Shown here: piece after piece, positions 20,138 to 30,995 of the stretch
Numbering within the stretch: position 1 is the first letter of the stretch
Layout: each line of letters begins with the position of its first letter
From: Waterburya sp.
GTDB taxonomy: Bacteria > Cyanobacteriota > Cyanobacteriia > Cyanobacteriales > Xenococcaceae
Assembly: GCA_965217895.1 (NCBI GenBank)
Contig: CBDCJV010000002.1
Coordinates: 544,001 to 608,000, forward strand
Direction of reading: 5' to 3'
Length of the DNA stretch: 64,000 bases
Notes under the pieces: generated by a model
Database searches by the model: none
Told to the model about the DNA's origin: nothing
The model's input: only the letters and a program-made list of their open reading frames with translations
Made by a program: the position numbers and the translations under genes

Positions 20138-21417
20138 CCGCGATCCCCATCGAATACTATTGATCCATCGGCGGGCATTCCTGGTTTAGCAAAACCGTTA
20201 GGATTATCAATGTCGAGCTTAACGCCAAAGACTTGCTGTACTCGGTCTTCTTTGAAATAAATGTTTTCTGGAGTAAAAGACGCTTCGCTATCAATCTCAG
20301 TCACCTTGGCACTCAGAGGTTTATTTGGAGCAGAATCTAGATAAATTTGCGCGGATTGACCAACTCTAACTTTGCCAATGTTGCCTTCAGGAATATAGCC
20401 TCTGAGGTAAACATCATTAAGGTTGACTAGAGAAAGCAAAGTTTCACCTGCGGTAACTACTTCTCCTGGCTCGACGCTGCGGGCTGTTACCACTCCAGAG
20501 ATGGGGCTAATAACCTGAAGGTAGTTCATCCGAGCCTGAATTTCTTTTTGCTGTGCCTTGACATTAGCCACATTATTCTGGGCGGCATTAAATTTAGACT
20601 GGGTTTGAATCAGTTGCTTGTTTAAAGAATCTAGTTCGGCACTGCGAATATCAGGATTGAGACGGGTGGTTTTGGCTTGGGCTAAAGTTCCTTGGGCTGC
20701 ACTTACTTCTTTTTCGGCAGCGTTGACCCCAGCTTCTTCAACTTCTACACTAGCTTGAGCTTTTTCCCAAGTGGTTTGAGCCTGGTCAAATGTATCCTGG
20801 GATACTGCACCACCAGTTAACAAATTTTGATAGCGATCGCGTTCTACTTTAGTTAAGTTTAATTCCGAACGAGCTTCTTTCACCGAAGCCTGAGCTTCTA
20901 TTAAATCGGCTTCTGCCACAGCTAGATTAGCTTCTGCCTCGCTAACCTGACCTGCCGTATCTTCACTAGATTGTTGCAAATTCAGCTGTGCCTGGCGGAT
21001 TTGGCTGTTAATTACATCGATTTGTAGGCGAGCCTGCTGCTCTTCTTCTTGGGCTGCTGCTAGCTGTGCTTTGATGGCTTCTAGTTGCGCCTGTACTTCC
21101 TCATCGTCGAGACGAACAATCGTTTGACCGCGATCGACTTCATTCCCTTCCCTAACAGCAACCGACTCTACTCGACCAGATACCTTTGTTCCTACATTGG
21201 TTTCATAGCCTTCAATGCGACCGCTCAACTGTAAAGCTGTTTCTACTTTGGGCTGGGACAGAAAGTAAGCAACGGATAATCCCGCTCCCGCTAGTAAGAC
21301 TCCCAAAGGTAATAGAATACGTATTTTTTTACTCTGCTTGCGATCGGATGTCTGCTTATTGTCAGGTGATGGGTCAGATTGAGGTTCTTTTTTAAACCGA
21401 GAAATTAAGTTAGCCAT
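20134..21417 (-). CDS. HlyD/YbhG-like membrane fusion protein
   Basis: N-terminal TM, SGRIEG, long coiled coil, SPISGVV and FTPENI motifs. Confidence 0.92.
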   Translation of the reverse strand: MANLISRFKKEPQSDPSPDNKQTSDRKQSKKIRILLPLGVLLAGAGLSVAYFLSQPKVETALQLSGRIEGYETNVGTKVSGRVESVAVREGNEVDRGQTIVRLDDEEVQAQLEAIKAQLAAAQEEEQQARLQIDVINSQIRQAQLNLQQSSEDTAGQVSEAEANLAVAEADLIEAQASVKEARSELNLTKVERDRYQNLLTGGAVSQDTFDQAQTTWEKAQASVEVEEAGVNAAEKEVSAAQGTLAQAKTTRLNPDIRSAELDSLNKQLIQTQSKFNAAQNNVANVKAQQKEIQARMNYLQVISPISGVVTARSVEPGEVVTAGETLLSLVNLNDVYLRGYIPEGNIGKVRVGQSAQIYLDSAPNKPLSAKVTEIDSEASFTPENIYFKEDRVQQVFGVKLDIDNPNGFAKPGMPADGSIVFDGDRG

Positions 21418-21514
21418 GATGTCGAGTCTAGGTTATCTAAAAGTTGATGCTTAAGCGATTGACGCAATACAATGAAAATCCAGGACTATATGAACGATAC
21501 AAGCAAATAAGTTG

Positions 21515-21591
21515 TTACCTATTACCTATTACCTATTACCTATTACCTATTACCTATTACCTATTACCTATTACCTATTACCTATTACCTA
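21515..21591. repeat. STRR heptamer array (TTACCTA)x11
   Basis: 77 bp of perfect tandem repeat. Confidence 0.95.
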
Positions 21592-21626
21592 GTCTTCATA
21601 GATTGATTAGTGCGTGACATCATTTC

Positions 21627-22172
21627 TCAAGCAGCAGATGAGCTTAATTCCTGTTGCTCGCTTTCTAACAATTGAGGATCGAGATACTCGGTTTGATGCA
21701 CGATTAAAACCGAGCAGGGAGCATGATGAGTTACATAGTTGCTAACGCTGCCCAAAAACATTTCTTTAAGACCAGTCCGACCTCTGCTACCTACCACAAG
21801 CAAGTCTGCCGACCATGTTTGCGCTAAGTCACATATAGCCCGCCCAGGATTACCCAAGATTTGAGTAAATTCGGTGGTAATTCCTGCTTTAAATGCTTCT
21901 TGGGCAGTTCCCCTAAGCATTTCCAGTCCTTCCTGTTCAAATTGCTGCCACCGCTCTTGATAAGCTTCTATAAGGTTGCTGGCGAAGGGATCGTATTGGT
22001 CGTATTCCAAACCAGAGTAGATCGTCGAAGCTGGAAAATCCTGTTCCTCAGAGGATAAAACGTGTAGCAGCTTCAAGTTAGCCCCACTTGTTTTTGCCAG
22101 GGACATAGCAGCTTCAAAAACTTTCTTACCTGTTGTGGAACGATCTATGGCTACCAAGATTTTATTAAACAT
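21627..22172 (-). CDS. Universal stress protein (USP), copy 2
   Basis: Close paralogue of 11042-11626. Confidence 0.95.
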   Translation of the reverse strand: MFNKILVAIDRSTTGKKVFEAAMSLAKTSGANLKLLHVLSSEEQDFPASTIYSGLEYDQYDPFASNLIEAYQERWQQFEQEGLEMLRGTAQEAFKAGITTEFTQILGNPGRAICDLAQTWSADLLVVGSRGRTGLKEMFLGSVSNYVTHHAPCSVLIVHQTEYLDPQLLESEQQELSSSAA

Positions 22173-22371
22173 ATTAATTTCCTCTAGTTTTAGTCGAGTT
22201 TCTGATAAAACCCGTTAAAATAATTTTTGCGATCGCCTGAGTTACCTTACTTAATATATGTAGGAGAATAATTTGAAGAACTTATGAGGAAACTCGATCT
22301 TTTCTCCTCACTCCATATTCAAACGATCGATCGATAAATTTGTGAAGGGTGAATTAAAAAAGCAATAATTT

Positions 22372-24789
22372 ATGTCCTATTTAATTGAAGCAATTTTAAA
22401 TTCCGCAGAAAAAAAAGATCTCAGAGAATTTATCAGTCAGTTGACAGCATCCGAGCAAAAATATTTGCTACGCAACGATATTCTCAATTCCTTTAATTTG
22501 TTTTGTCAAACAAAGACTAATCCAGGGCAATACTACGATCGTTCTAATCTGGGCAAGTTAATTTACTATACCCAGGAGATTATCCTCGAACAAGAAAGTA
22601 TTTGTCTAATTATCCGTCCTAAGATTGCCCGACAAGAAGCTTATCGGCTATTTGAAGATTTAAACTATGAATCGATGACGATTCAACAACTGCTAGACGC
22701 ACGCGATCGCTTTGTCGATCGTTTTCATCCCGAAGAAGGAGACGTATTGGAAATTGATTTTCGATCCTTCTACGATTATTCCCCCATGATTCGTGACTCC
22801 AAAAACATTGGCAGAGGCGTACAGTTTCTCAATCGCTATCTTTCTAGTAAGCTTTTTCAAGATCCTAATCAGTGGTTGGAAGCTCTCTATAGCTTTTTAA
22901 GTCTCCATAGCTATAACGGCACTACCTTGCTGATTAACGGCAGAATTAAAGACCGCCAACAGTTAAGCGATCGCGTTAAACAAGCGTTAAATCTTGTCAG
23001 TGGACTGCCAAAAGATAAATCTTATGAAGAATTTCGCTTTGAATTACAAAACTTGGGTTTTGAACCAGGTTGGGGCAACACCGCCAGTAGAGTTAGAGAA
23101 ACCCTAGATATTCTAGATGAATTGATTGACTCCCCTGACGATGGGGTTCTCGAAGCCTTCTTGTCTCGCATTCCGATGATTTTTCGTATTGTCTTAGTCT
23201 CGGTTCATGGTTGGTTTGCCCAAGAAGGAGTTTTAGGTCGTCCTGACACTGGCGGACAGGTGGTTTACGTCCTCGATCAAGCTAGAAGTCTAGAACAACA
23301 ACTACATGAAGATATTTCTCTCGCTGGTTTGGATAGTCTCAAAATAGAACCCAAAGTAATTATCCTGACTCGGCTAATTCCCAATAGTGATGGAACTCGT
23401 TGTAACGAACGATTAGAAAAAGTTCACGGTACTAATAACGCCTGGATTTTGCGCGTACCTTTAAGAGAATTCAACCCCAATACTCAAAACTGGATTTCTC
23501 GCTTTGAGATTTATCCCTATCTCGAAACCTATGCAATTGATGCCGAGAAAGAACTTTGTGCCGAATTTCAAGGTATTCCCGATCTGATTATCGGTAACTA
23601 TTCCGATGGTAATTTAGTTTCCTTTCTCCTTGCCCGTCGCTTAAAAGTTACTCAGTTTACTATTGCCCACGCTTTAGAAAAATCCAAGTATTTATTTAGT
23701 AACCTGTATTGGCAAGATTCAGAATCTACTTATCATTTTTCCTTACAATTTACTGCCGATTTAATTGCCATGAATGCAGCCAACTGTATTATCAGCAGTA
23801 CCTATCAAGAAATCGCTGGAAGAGCAGATAGTGTAGGACAATATGAGTCCTATGATAATTTCACCATGCCCGACCTTTATCATGTGGTTAATGGTATCGA
23901 ACTATTCTCCCCGAAGTTTAATATCGTTCCCCCTGGAGTTAATGAAAACATTTACTTCCCTTATACCCGTTCTGAAGATCGCGTTGCTTCTAAAACCGAA
24001 AAATTAACAGAATTACTCTTTACTAGCGAAGATCCTAGCTTTATTTTCGGCAAGTTAGAAGACCCTAGCAAACGTCCTCTCTTTTCGATGGCGAGATTAG
24101 ATCGGATTAAAAACCTGACTGGTTTGGCAGAATGTTTTGGGCGATCGCCCGAATTACAAGAACGGTGTAATCTTATTTTAGTCGCGGGTAAAATCCACGG
24201 TGCAGAAACCGAAGATAATGAAGAAAGAGCAGAAATTGAGAAGATGTATCGCATCATCGAACAGTACGATCTTCATGGCAAGATGCGTTGGTTGGGTCTG
24301 CGTTTACCAAAAGCCGAATCTGGAGAAATCTATCGAGTTATTGGCGATCGCCAAGGCGTATTTATCCAACCTGCTTTATTTGAAGCCTTTGGTTTGACAA
24401 TTTTAGAAGCGATGATTTCTGGTTTACCTACCTTCGGGACGCAATTTGGTGGTCCATTAGAAATTATTCAAGATGGAGTCAACGGCTTTTATATTAACCC
24501 AACTAATTTAGAAGAAACTGCTCCAAAAATTTTAGAATTTGTTCGAGGGTGCGATCGCCACCCCGATTATTGGCATGAGATTTCCGATCGAGGTATAAAA
24601 AGAGTTTATAGTACCTACACTTGGAAAATTCATACAACGAAATTGCTATCTCTGGCTCGTATTTATGGTTTTTGGAACTACACCTCTAAAGAACAACGAG
24701 AAGATCTGTTGCGTTATATCGAAGCTTTGTTTTATTTAATTTACAAGCCCAGAGCGAAACAATTGTTAGAACAACATAGGCAACGTTGA
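22372..24789 (+). CDS. sus: Sucrose synthase (GT4)
   Basis: IGRGVQFLNR, PDTGGQVVY, GNYSDGN, AHALEK, MARLDRIKN and EAFGLT motifs; 805 aa. Confidence 0.96.
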   Translation: MSYLIEAILNSAEKKDLREFISQLTASEQKYLLRNDILNSFNLFCQTKTNPGQYYDRSNLGKLIYYTQEIILEQESICLIIRPKIARQEAYRLFEDLNYESMTIQQLLDARDRFVDRFHPEEGDVLEIDFRSFYDYSPMIRDSKNIGRGVQFLNRYLSSKLFQDPNQWLEALYSFLSLHSYNGTTLLINGRIKDRQQLSDRVKQALNLVSGLPKDKSYEEFRFELQNLGFEPGWGNTASRVRETLDILDELIDSPDDGVLEAFLSRIPMIFRIVLVSVHGWFAQEGVLGRPDTGGQVVYVLDQARSLEQQLHEDISLAGLDSLKIEPKVIILTRLIPNSDGTRCNERLEKVHGTNNAWILRVPLREFNPNTQNWISRFEIYPYLETYAIDAEKELCAEFQGIPDLIIGNYSDGNLVSFLLARRLKVTQFTIAHALEKSKYLFSNLYWQDSESTYHFSLQFTADLIAMNAANCIISSTYQEIAGRADSVGQYESYDNFTMPDLYHVVNGIELFSPKFNIVPPGVNENIYFPYTRSEDRVASKTEKLTELLFTSEDPSFIFGKLEDPSKRPLFSMARLDRIKNLTGLAECFGRSPELQERCNLILVAGKIHGAETEDNEERAEIEKMYRIIEQYDLHGKMRWLGLRLPKAESGEIYRVIGDRQGVFIQPALFEAFGLTILEAMISGLPTFGTQFGGPLEIIQDGVNGFYINPTNLEETAPKILEFVRGCDRHPDYWHEISDRGIKRVYSTYTWKIHTTKLLSLARIYGFWNYTSKEQREDLLRYIEALFYLIYKPRAKQLLEQHRQR

Positions 24790-24818
24790 CTACTTTGGCG
24801 CATAGGTAATAGGTAATA

Positions 24819-24888
24819 GCGCGAAGTTGCGTTGCGCGGGTTTCCCGCGTTGAGGTTATTGCTGAGGGCGAGCAAACTTCGTAAGAAG
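24819..24888. repeat. Hairpin repeat inserted in a (GGTAATA)n array
   Basis: CGAAGTTGCGTTGCGCGGGTTTCCCGCGTTGAGG...GAGCAAACTTCG; homologous to 6952-7020. Confidence 0.75.
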
Positions 24889-24998
24889 GTAATAATAGGT
24901 AATAGAGATTAATTTATTATTCATGCTATAGGTCTACTGATTAATTCCATCAAGCTTGCTAGAGTGAAGAAAGACCTCAAGTTATGCCCAAAACCTAA

Positions 24999-26858
24999 AT
25001 GAGACTTTTATTAGTAGACGATGACGAGGTGTTAGTAGATGCCCTTGCTAACCATCTCATCAAGCAGCGATATGCGGTAGACATTGCCTCAGATGGTGAG
25101 GAAGCGTGGGAATATATTGCACTTTTTAACTACGACCTAATCGTCTTAGATGTCATGCTACCAAAACTTGACGGTATTAGTTTGTGTGAAAAACTTCGCA
25201 ATCATAGTCATGGGATGCCCGTGCTGATGTTAACGGCTTGCGATCGCAGTACTGATATTGTTAAAGGGTTAAATGCTGGGGCTGATGATTACTTAGTTAA
25301 GCCATTTAATTTCGACGAGCTTACTGCCAGGATCCACGCTTTGCTGCGCCGAGAAGGTCAAAGTCTACCATCTATCTTGAAACGAGGCAGTTTAAGTCTT
25401 AATCCCAATAACTTAGAAGTAATTTATAACGAGAAACTGCTTAATTTGACAGCAAAGGAATATGCTTTGGTAGAGCTTTTTCTACGCAGTCCAAATCGGG
25501 TTTTTACTACTGAGGGAATTATTGAAAGCCTGTGGACGTTTGAAGACCCACCGACTGAGGGCGCAGTCAGAACTCACATCAAAACTCTACGACAAAAGCT
25601 AAAAACTGCTGGAGCAGCTAAAGATTTTATTGAGACGATTTACGGAGTGGGTTATCGCCTCAAGCCACTGCCTAATGAAGAACAAACTGAGATATCTGCA
25701 TCTAATTCCGAAGTACAATCGGACACGACTGCCGATCTTGCTCATCTTTGGGAACAATATAAAGATGCCATGTCCGATCGCCTAATTATCTTAGAGGATA
25801 CGGCGATTGCTTTACAAACAGATAATTTCAATTCTGCATTGAAACAGGAATCTAGGTTAGCAGCTCACAAATTAGCAGGTTCTCTAGGTAGTTTGGGGTT
25901 TGACGATGGCTCGAAGCTAGCGAGAGAATTAGAAATTTTACTTAATCTGGAAACTTTCCCCCAGCTAGACCAAATTGAGCCTTTCGAGCGGTTAGTCAAC
26001 ACTTTGAGAGCGAGACTAGAAGATCACCAGCCTGACTCTAGTTCGACTTTAGAAAGTTATCCCTTGTTATTAATTGTGGATGATGACCGCGATTTTACTC
26101 AAGAGTTAGAGATAGAAGCAGCAGCTAATAATTTCCGAACTGCGATCGCTAGTACTGCATTGCAAGCACAAGAGATAATTAGGCGCGATCGCCCTGCTAT
26201 CGTTTTACTCAAAATATTTCAGATCAAAACTGACGCTACCCCAAATAACTGTCCGATGGATAGTTTAGATTTACTAGCAGAACTTCAGCAGCAAATGCCT
26301 TCACTACCCATTGTGGTAATTCTCTCAGAGACAGCTCTGTTTAACACCAGTGAAGATTTTACCAACCGTCTGAAAATTATCCGCCGTGCAGAACACACTT
26401 TGTTAGTACAGCCTGTAACCCCACATCAAGCAATGGATGCTGTAACTCAAACTCTGCAAAGATCTGGGGCGGGAATAAAAATAACAGTTGTCGATGACGA
26501 TCCGTCAATTTTAAAGTCGATGCAAACAAGTCTCGAAGCCTGGGGATTTGAGATTACTACTCTTAATGACCCCCATCAGTTTTGGCAGGTTATTCAAACT
26601 ACTTCTCCCAATTTGTTGGTGTTAGATATAGAGATGCCCGACGTTAGTGGAATTGAGCTGTGTCATGCTTTACGAAGTGACCCAGATTGGAGTCATTTAC
26701 CCGTGCTGTTTCTCACTGCTTATCAAGACTTAGCAACTCAGGAAAGGGCTTTTGCCATAGGTGCAGATGATTATGTTAGTAAACCGATTAGGGGACAAGA
26801 ATTAGTTACCCGCATCCTCAATCGCCTGTCACGAATCCGCGCAATTCAAAGTAGGTAG
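24999..26858 (+). CDS. Multidomain response regulator REC-OmpR wHTH-HPt-pseudoREC-REC (RcaC/RfpB-like architecture)
   Basis: LDVMLP receiver; VRTHIKTLRQKL and IETIYGVGYRL wHTH; AHKLAGSLG HPt; middle REC lacks Asp (LLKIF); LDIEMP receiver. Confidence 0.9.
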   Translation: MRLLLVDDDEVLVDALANHLIKQRYAVDIASDGEEAWEYIALFNYDLIVLDVMLPKLDGISLCEKLRNHSHGMPVLMLTACDRSTDIVKGLNAGADDYLVKPFNFDELTARIHALLRREGQSLPSILKRGSLSLNPNNLEVIYNEKLLNLTAKEYALVELFLRSPNRVFTTEGIIESLWTFEDPPTEGAVRTHIKTLRQKLKTAGAAKDFIETIYGVGYRLKPLPNEEQTEISASNSEVQSDTTADLAHLWEQYKDAMSDRLIILEDTAIALQTDNFNSALKQESRLAAHKLAGSLGSLGFDDGSKLARELEILLNLETFPQLDQIEPFERLVNTLRARLEDHQPDSSSTLESYPLLLIVDDDRDFTQELEIEAAANNFRTAIASTALQAQEIIRRDRPAIVLLKIFQIKTDATPNNCPMDSLDLLAELQQQMPSLPIVVILSETALFNTSEDFTNRLKIIRRAEHTLLVQPVTPHQAMDAVTQTLQRSGAGIKITVVDDDPSILKSMQTSLEAWGFEITTLNDPHQFWQVIQTTSPNLLVLDIEMPDVSGIELCHALRSDPDWSHLPVLFLTAYQDLATQERAFAIGADDYVSKPIRGQELVTRILNRLSRIRAIQSR

Positions 26859-26938
26859 TGTGGAAAATGTAATGAAGCATTATGGTAATGTATAAAGTTC
26901 CAAAGTTTGATATATTTTATTCACTTGAGTAATTCGCG

Positions 26939-28555
26939 CTAAAAATTAAAAGTGGTACGCAATACTCCTACATATTGGGTATCATTATCACTGTTATTTT
27001 CTGGATTAAAAATTGCCCAAACACCAGGAGTCACTGAGATATTATCGTTAACTTTTAAGCGATAAAATGCTTCTACGTGATAGGCATTCTCATCTTCTTC
27101 TAAGACATCACTAGATGAGACGTGGGGTGGTATGCCAAAAACAATTCCTGGCAGGTTGCCTTCTCCTCCCACATCGGGAAAAGACACCCCAATTGCTCCG
27201 TACCAAGCATTAGCACTATCGCCACTATTAACGGCGAAGGAATTTGTGCCACCAAGACCATCAGAGAGGGAACTTGTATCAGAGTTTTCCGCGTTTGCCC
27301 AAATATAGCCTCCCCAACCATGAACCTGAAAGTTATCTGAGAATTTATAAAATCCTTGCAGATCGATAATGTCGTTAGAAGTAGCTATATTATCGCCGAA
27401 AGGGGAGTTTACCAGAAGGCTACCCGTTCCGCCTATTAAGCTCACCCTATCTTCAGGGGCATAACCGTGAGAATAGCCAACGCCAAGAGCGCCTTCTTCC
27501 CCGATATATGTCAAGTGCGCCAAGGCATTGTAACCACCATTAAATAGACCATTTCCTGACAGGGAATTATTAGGATTGTCTGCTAAATAACCAACCGTTA
27601 GGGTTAGCTTGTCTGTGAAATCCCAATTGATACCCGCACCACCGCCACCGCGACGAAAGAAAGGACTATACGATCCAAATAAAGAGGGGACTCCGTTTCC
27701 ATCATCGGCAATTAAGGCAGGAGTAATGGTAGTAGTGATATCGGTATAGCCCATGCCTACTGGTCCAACTGCTACTGAAATAGAGTCATTAACTGGAGTG
27801 AAATAACGAACCTGAGCAATAAAGGCATCGTTATTGGTGTCACTGTCAAAATTTAAGCGTGTCATTCCCGTACCAGTAGCCACGGCAATTTGACTATTGC
27901 CATCCTCATCGAAAAAATTACCAAATTCTAAACGAACTCTTAGTAAATCTTCTCCTGTAAAGCTGCTTTCAAAGTTAAGACGACCACGATTAGCAAAGAA
28001 GACTTCAGATTCGTCATCATCACCACCCACCGTATTACCAAAGCTATCGCTAACAGCAGTGATAATCTCAGCAACAAGTTTAGTCGTAGTAGAAAACTGA
28101 TTGTCTTCTAATGTTGCCGTGCGTGTCTCTAATTCATCAACTCGACCGCGCAGGGTAGCTAGTTCTGCCCCAAAGTCTGCCTCCAGTCTTCGCATCATTC
28201 CTAAATCTTCTGGGTTGACCCGATTGTTACTATCGGCAACCAATTGACTAATTCGATCTAAACAAGCATTTAAACTAGCGGCAAACTCGTAACGAGTCAA
28301 AGCGCGATTACCGCGATAGGTAGAATCGGGATAACCTGAGATGCAGCCATAGCGTTCGACTAGCGATCGCAAAGCTCCATATGCCCAGTCAGTCGGTCGC
28401 ACATCGGATAACTGGTCAACTGAATTAACTTGTCCTTGTAGAGTTGGATCTGTATTTACTGGGACAGAGGGATCAAAATCGTTCAAAGGTACTGCTGAAG
28501 CAGCAGTCGATACTAGTAATGAAATAGGAAAACTGTATAAAAAGCTTTTTAACAT
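26939..28555 (-). CDS. SLH-domain carbohydrate-selective (OprB-type) outer-membrane porin
   Basis: LSDVRPTDWAY.AL.SLVERYGC SLH domain, coiled coil, QFSTTTKL, C-terminal LRTTFNF; ATG at 28555 with GGAG. Confidence 0.9.
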   Translation of the reverse strand: MLKSFLYSFPISLLVSTAASAVPLNDFDPSVPVNTDPTLQGQVNSVDQLSDVRPTDWAYGALRSLVERYGCISGYPDSTYRGNRALTRYEFAASLNACLDRISQLVADSNNRVNPEDLGMMRRLEADFGAELATLRGRVDELETRTATLEDNQFSTTTKLVAEIITAVSDSFGNTVGGDDDESEVFFANRGRLNFESSFTGEDLLRVRLEFGNFFDEDGNSQIAVATGTGMTRLNFDSDTNNDAFIAQVRYFTPVNDSISVAVGPVGMGYTDITTTITPALIADDGNGVPSLFGSYSPFFRRGGGGAGINWDFTDKLTLTVGYLADNPNNSLSGNGLFNGGYNALAHLTYIGEEGALGVGYSHGYAPEDRVSLIGGTGSLLVNSPFGDNIATSNDIIDLQGFYKFSDNFQVHGWGGYIWANAENSDTSSLSDGLGGTNSFAVNSGDSANAWYGAIGVSFPDVGGEGNLPGIVFGIPPHVSSSDVLEEDENAYHVEAFYRLKVNDNISVTPGVWAIFNPENNSDNDTQYVGVLRTTFNF

Positions 28556-28637
28556 TTGAGTACTCCAATTGTTGAGTAGCCCAATCAAAATCAACAATTA
28601 TATTAACAATTTTTTTTGGTTGGGCTTTGAGGATTAA

Positions 28638-30038
28638 TTACATGTGTTCTAATTCCATTCCGTTGGTTTCCTTGATGAAAAAGACCACGAAAAATAAGGA
28701 AATAGCTGCTGCAATAGTGTAAAGACCGTATGCCGTACCTAGTCCAAAATATTGCAGTATGGGGGGGAAAGTAGTAGAAACGGCAAAGTTTGCCACCCAC
28801 TGCATCGACGCAGCAAGGGAAAGAGCAGCACCACGAATTTTGTTGTTAAACATTTCGCCTAACAAGACCCAGACCACTGGACCCCAGGAGAATCCAAAGC
28901 AAAATACATAGAGGTTGGCTGCTAAAAGTGCGACAATACCTGCCGTTCCGCTCAAGGTAGGACTACCAGCAGCATTTACGGGTGCATTGCCAAATACTAC
29001 CGCTAACGTTCCCAAGGTTATGGTCATGCCAATCGAGCCGAGAACGAGTAAGGGTTTGCGACCAAATTTATCGACAAAGGCGATCGCAATTAAAGTAGTA
29101 ATAATATTTACCGCTGCTGTAATTACTGTAATGGTTAGAGAATCTTTTTCGGAAAAGCCGACTGCCCGCCATAAAATGCTGCTGTAGTAAAAGATGACGT
29201 TAATACCAACAAATTGCTGGAGTAAGGATAAACCAATACCGATCCAAACGATGGGCAAAAGTCCGCCACTTCTAGCTAGCAGGTCGGAAAACCTAGGCTG
29301 ACGCTCACGTAAAACCGTTTGCCGAATCTCGTTGATTTTCTCTAGGACGTTACCTTTTAAGATTTTAGTCAGAACTTTAGTTGCCTCTTCCTCTCGTCCT
29401 TGAGCAACTAAATATCTTGGTGATTCGGGAATCATTAAGGCTGAAATTCCATAGAGAACTGCTGGCGGAATTTCCGTCCAAAACATCCAACGCCAGGCTG
29501 CTATACCAAATAAAAATGGTAGTTCAGCCGAACCTGCGGATACGGCAATAAAATAGTCGCACAGCAAGGCAATAAAAATACCGATTACAATCGCTAGCTG
29601 CTGGAGTGAACCTAGCCTGCCACGCATATGAGAGGGAGAACATTCAGCGATATAAGCTGGGGCAATGACACTAGCAGCACCAACAGCAATTCCACCTAAT
29701 AATCGCCAAAAGGTAAAATCCCAGATGCCGATCGCCGCCCCAGAGCCAATCGCACTGATAGTAAATAATACCGAAGAAGCGATCATTGCCTTGACGCGAC
29801 CATAGCGATCGGCAATTTTTCCTGCATAGAACGCTCCTAGTGCCGAACCTAACAATGCTAAAGATACTGCCAGACCGACGAATACACTGTTGGCATTAAA
29901 GCCTGAAGCTAAAGCTGCCACCGCACCGTTAATTACTGCGGTATCAAAACCAAACAAGAAACCACCAAGCGCAGCAGCAGCAGCAATTAAAACTACATAT
30001 AGCGTATTGGATTTGCGACGAGAAGTAATGTTTGACAT
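28638..30038 (-). CDS. glcP: MFS sugar porter, glucose permease
   Basis: GGFLFGFDTAVING, D.YGR, PESPR, QQFVGINVIFYY, D.FGRK and KET.G motifs; closely resembles cyanobacterial GlcP. Confidence 0.88.
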   Translation of the reverse strand: MSNITSRRKSNTLYVVLIAAAAALGGFLFGFDTAVINGAVAALASGFNANSVFVGLAVSLALLGSALGAFYAGKIADRYGRVKAMIASSVLFTISAIGSGAAIGIWDFTFWRLLGGIAVGAASVIAPAYIAECSPSHMRGRLGSLQQLAIVIGIFIALLCDYFIAVSAGSAELPFLFGIAAWRWMFWTEIPPAVLYGISALMIPESPRYLVAQGREEEATKVLTKILKGNVLEKINEIRQTVLRERQPRFSDLLARSGGLLPIVWIGIGLSLLQQFVGINVIFYYSSILWRAVGFSEKDSLTITVITAAVNIITTLIAIAFVDKFGRKPLLVLGSIGMTITLGTLAVVFGNAPVNAAGSPTLSGTAGIVALLAANLYVFCFGFSWGPVVWVLLGEMFNNKIRGAALSLAASMQWVANFAVSTTFPPILQYFGLGTAYGLYTIAAAISLFFVVFFIKETNGMELEHM

Positions 30039-30206
30039 AAGTTGTATTTCATAAATAATTTATCGTTGGTTCATGTAAATGTCTGTAAGGAATTTATGAG
30101 AACTCTAAAAATATTCGAGCCTTATCATTCTTGAGCAGGGTAAAGACACTATGGGTAATAACTGTAAGACAACACGAGAAAGCTTTTTATCAAGCCTGAT
30201 GCTGTT

Positions 30207-30848
30207 CTAAGAGCCTAGTAACTCTAAAAAGAATCCCAGTAATAAAAAAATTAGGCTAGCGATCTTTAACAAGTGATCGAGAGAAGGGTGTTCGAGGAGA
30301 TACGCCAAGGGTTGAAGAAAAATATAATTAATTATCAGCCCTAGCAATGTTGGCGTAACGATCGCTAAAACGGTAAATAAAGGAGCAATAGATACTAACA
30401 AACAGCCAAAGATAAAAATAGCTTCAACTAAAAATAACCAATTAAAAAGATATAATTCTGCTAAAGCTACAACAAAGATAGTTAGTAGAAAACAGATGAA
30501 ATAATTGAGAATATTTAATTGAAAAAATTTACGTCTCGATTGTTTATTAGTGAAATCTCTCGTGTAGTCTTTCATAATTGTTTCACGAAAGATTACGACG
30601 TACCAATCAAAACAGCTTCTGAGAAATTGAACTAGGGTTGTATGTGGGATTGTATTTTCTAAGGATGTACCGAAATAGCGTATTTTCTCAGGTCCAATGA
30701 TATCGGCAATGATAGTAGCAGCTCCCAAAAACTGCATCACCTTGCCAATTCGTTCCCACCAGAAGATACTTATGCCCCAGAGCATTGCATCGCTAGATAG
30801 GTTATTGGATAACCAAAGTTTTCCTGCTTCAATAAAACTAATTTCCAT
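30207..30848 (-). CDS. Hypothetical membrane protein
   Basis: 213-aa ORF with several hydrophobic segments. Confidence 0.55.
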   Translation of the reverse strand: MEISFIEAGKLWLSNNLSSDAMLWGISIFWWERIGKVMQFLGAATIIADIIGPEKIRYFGTSLENTIPHTTLVQFLRSCFDWYVVIFRETIMKDYTRDFTNKQSRRKFFQLNILNYFICFLLTIFVVALAELYLFNWLFLVEAIFIFGCLLVSIAPLFTVLAIVTPTLLGLIINYIFLQPLAYLLEHPSLDHLLKIASLIFLLLGFFLELLGS

Positions 30849-30995
30849 TTACATCACATCTGGCATCTCTCTTATCGAGTAGAAGCTTGAAATACGTGGG
30901 TTAGGATTTAGGAGTTCAGAATTATAAATTACAGCGAATTTCAGTTGAATATAACTTATTACCTATTACCTATTACCTCAACAAATTAATGTAGC

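Noticed and set aside
21515..21591. Regular repeat array as a possible CRISPR
   Set aside because: Pure 7-bp tandem repeat with no spacers and no cas genes; an ordinary cyanobacterial STRR
24975..24990. Box-like CCTCAAGTTATGCCCA before the regulator
   Set aside because: Weak match, only 8 bp from the ATG, with no room for a -10
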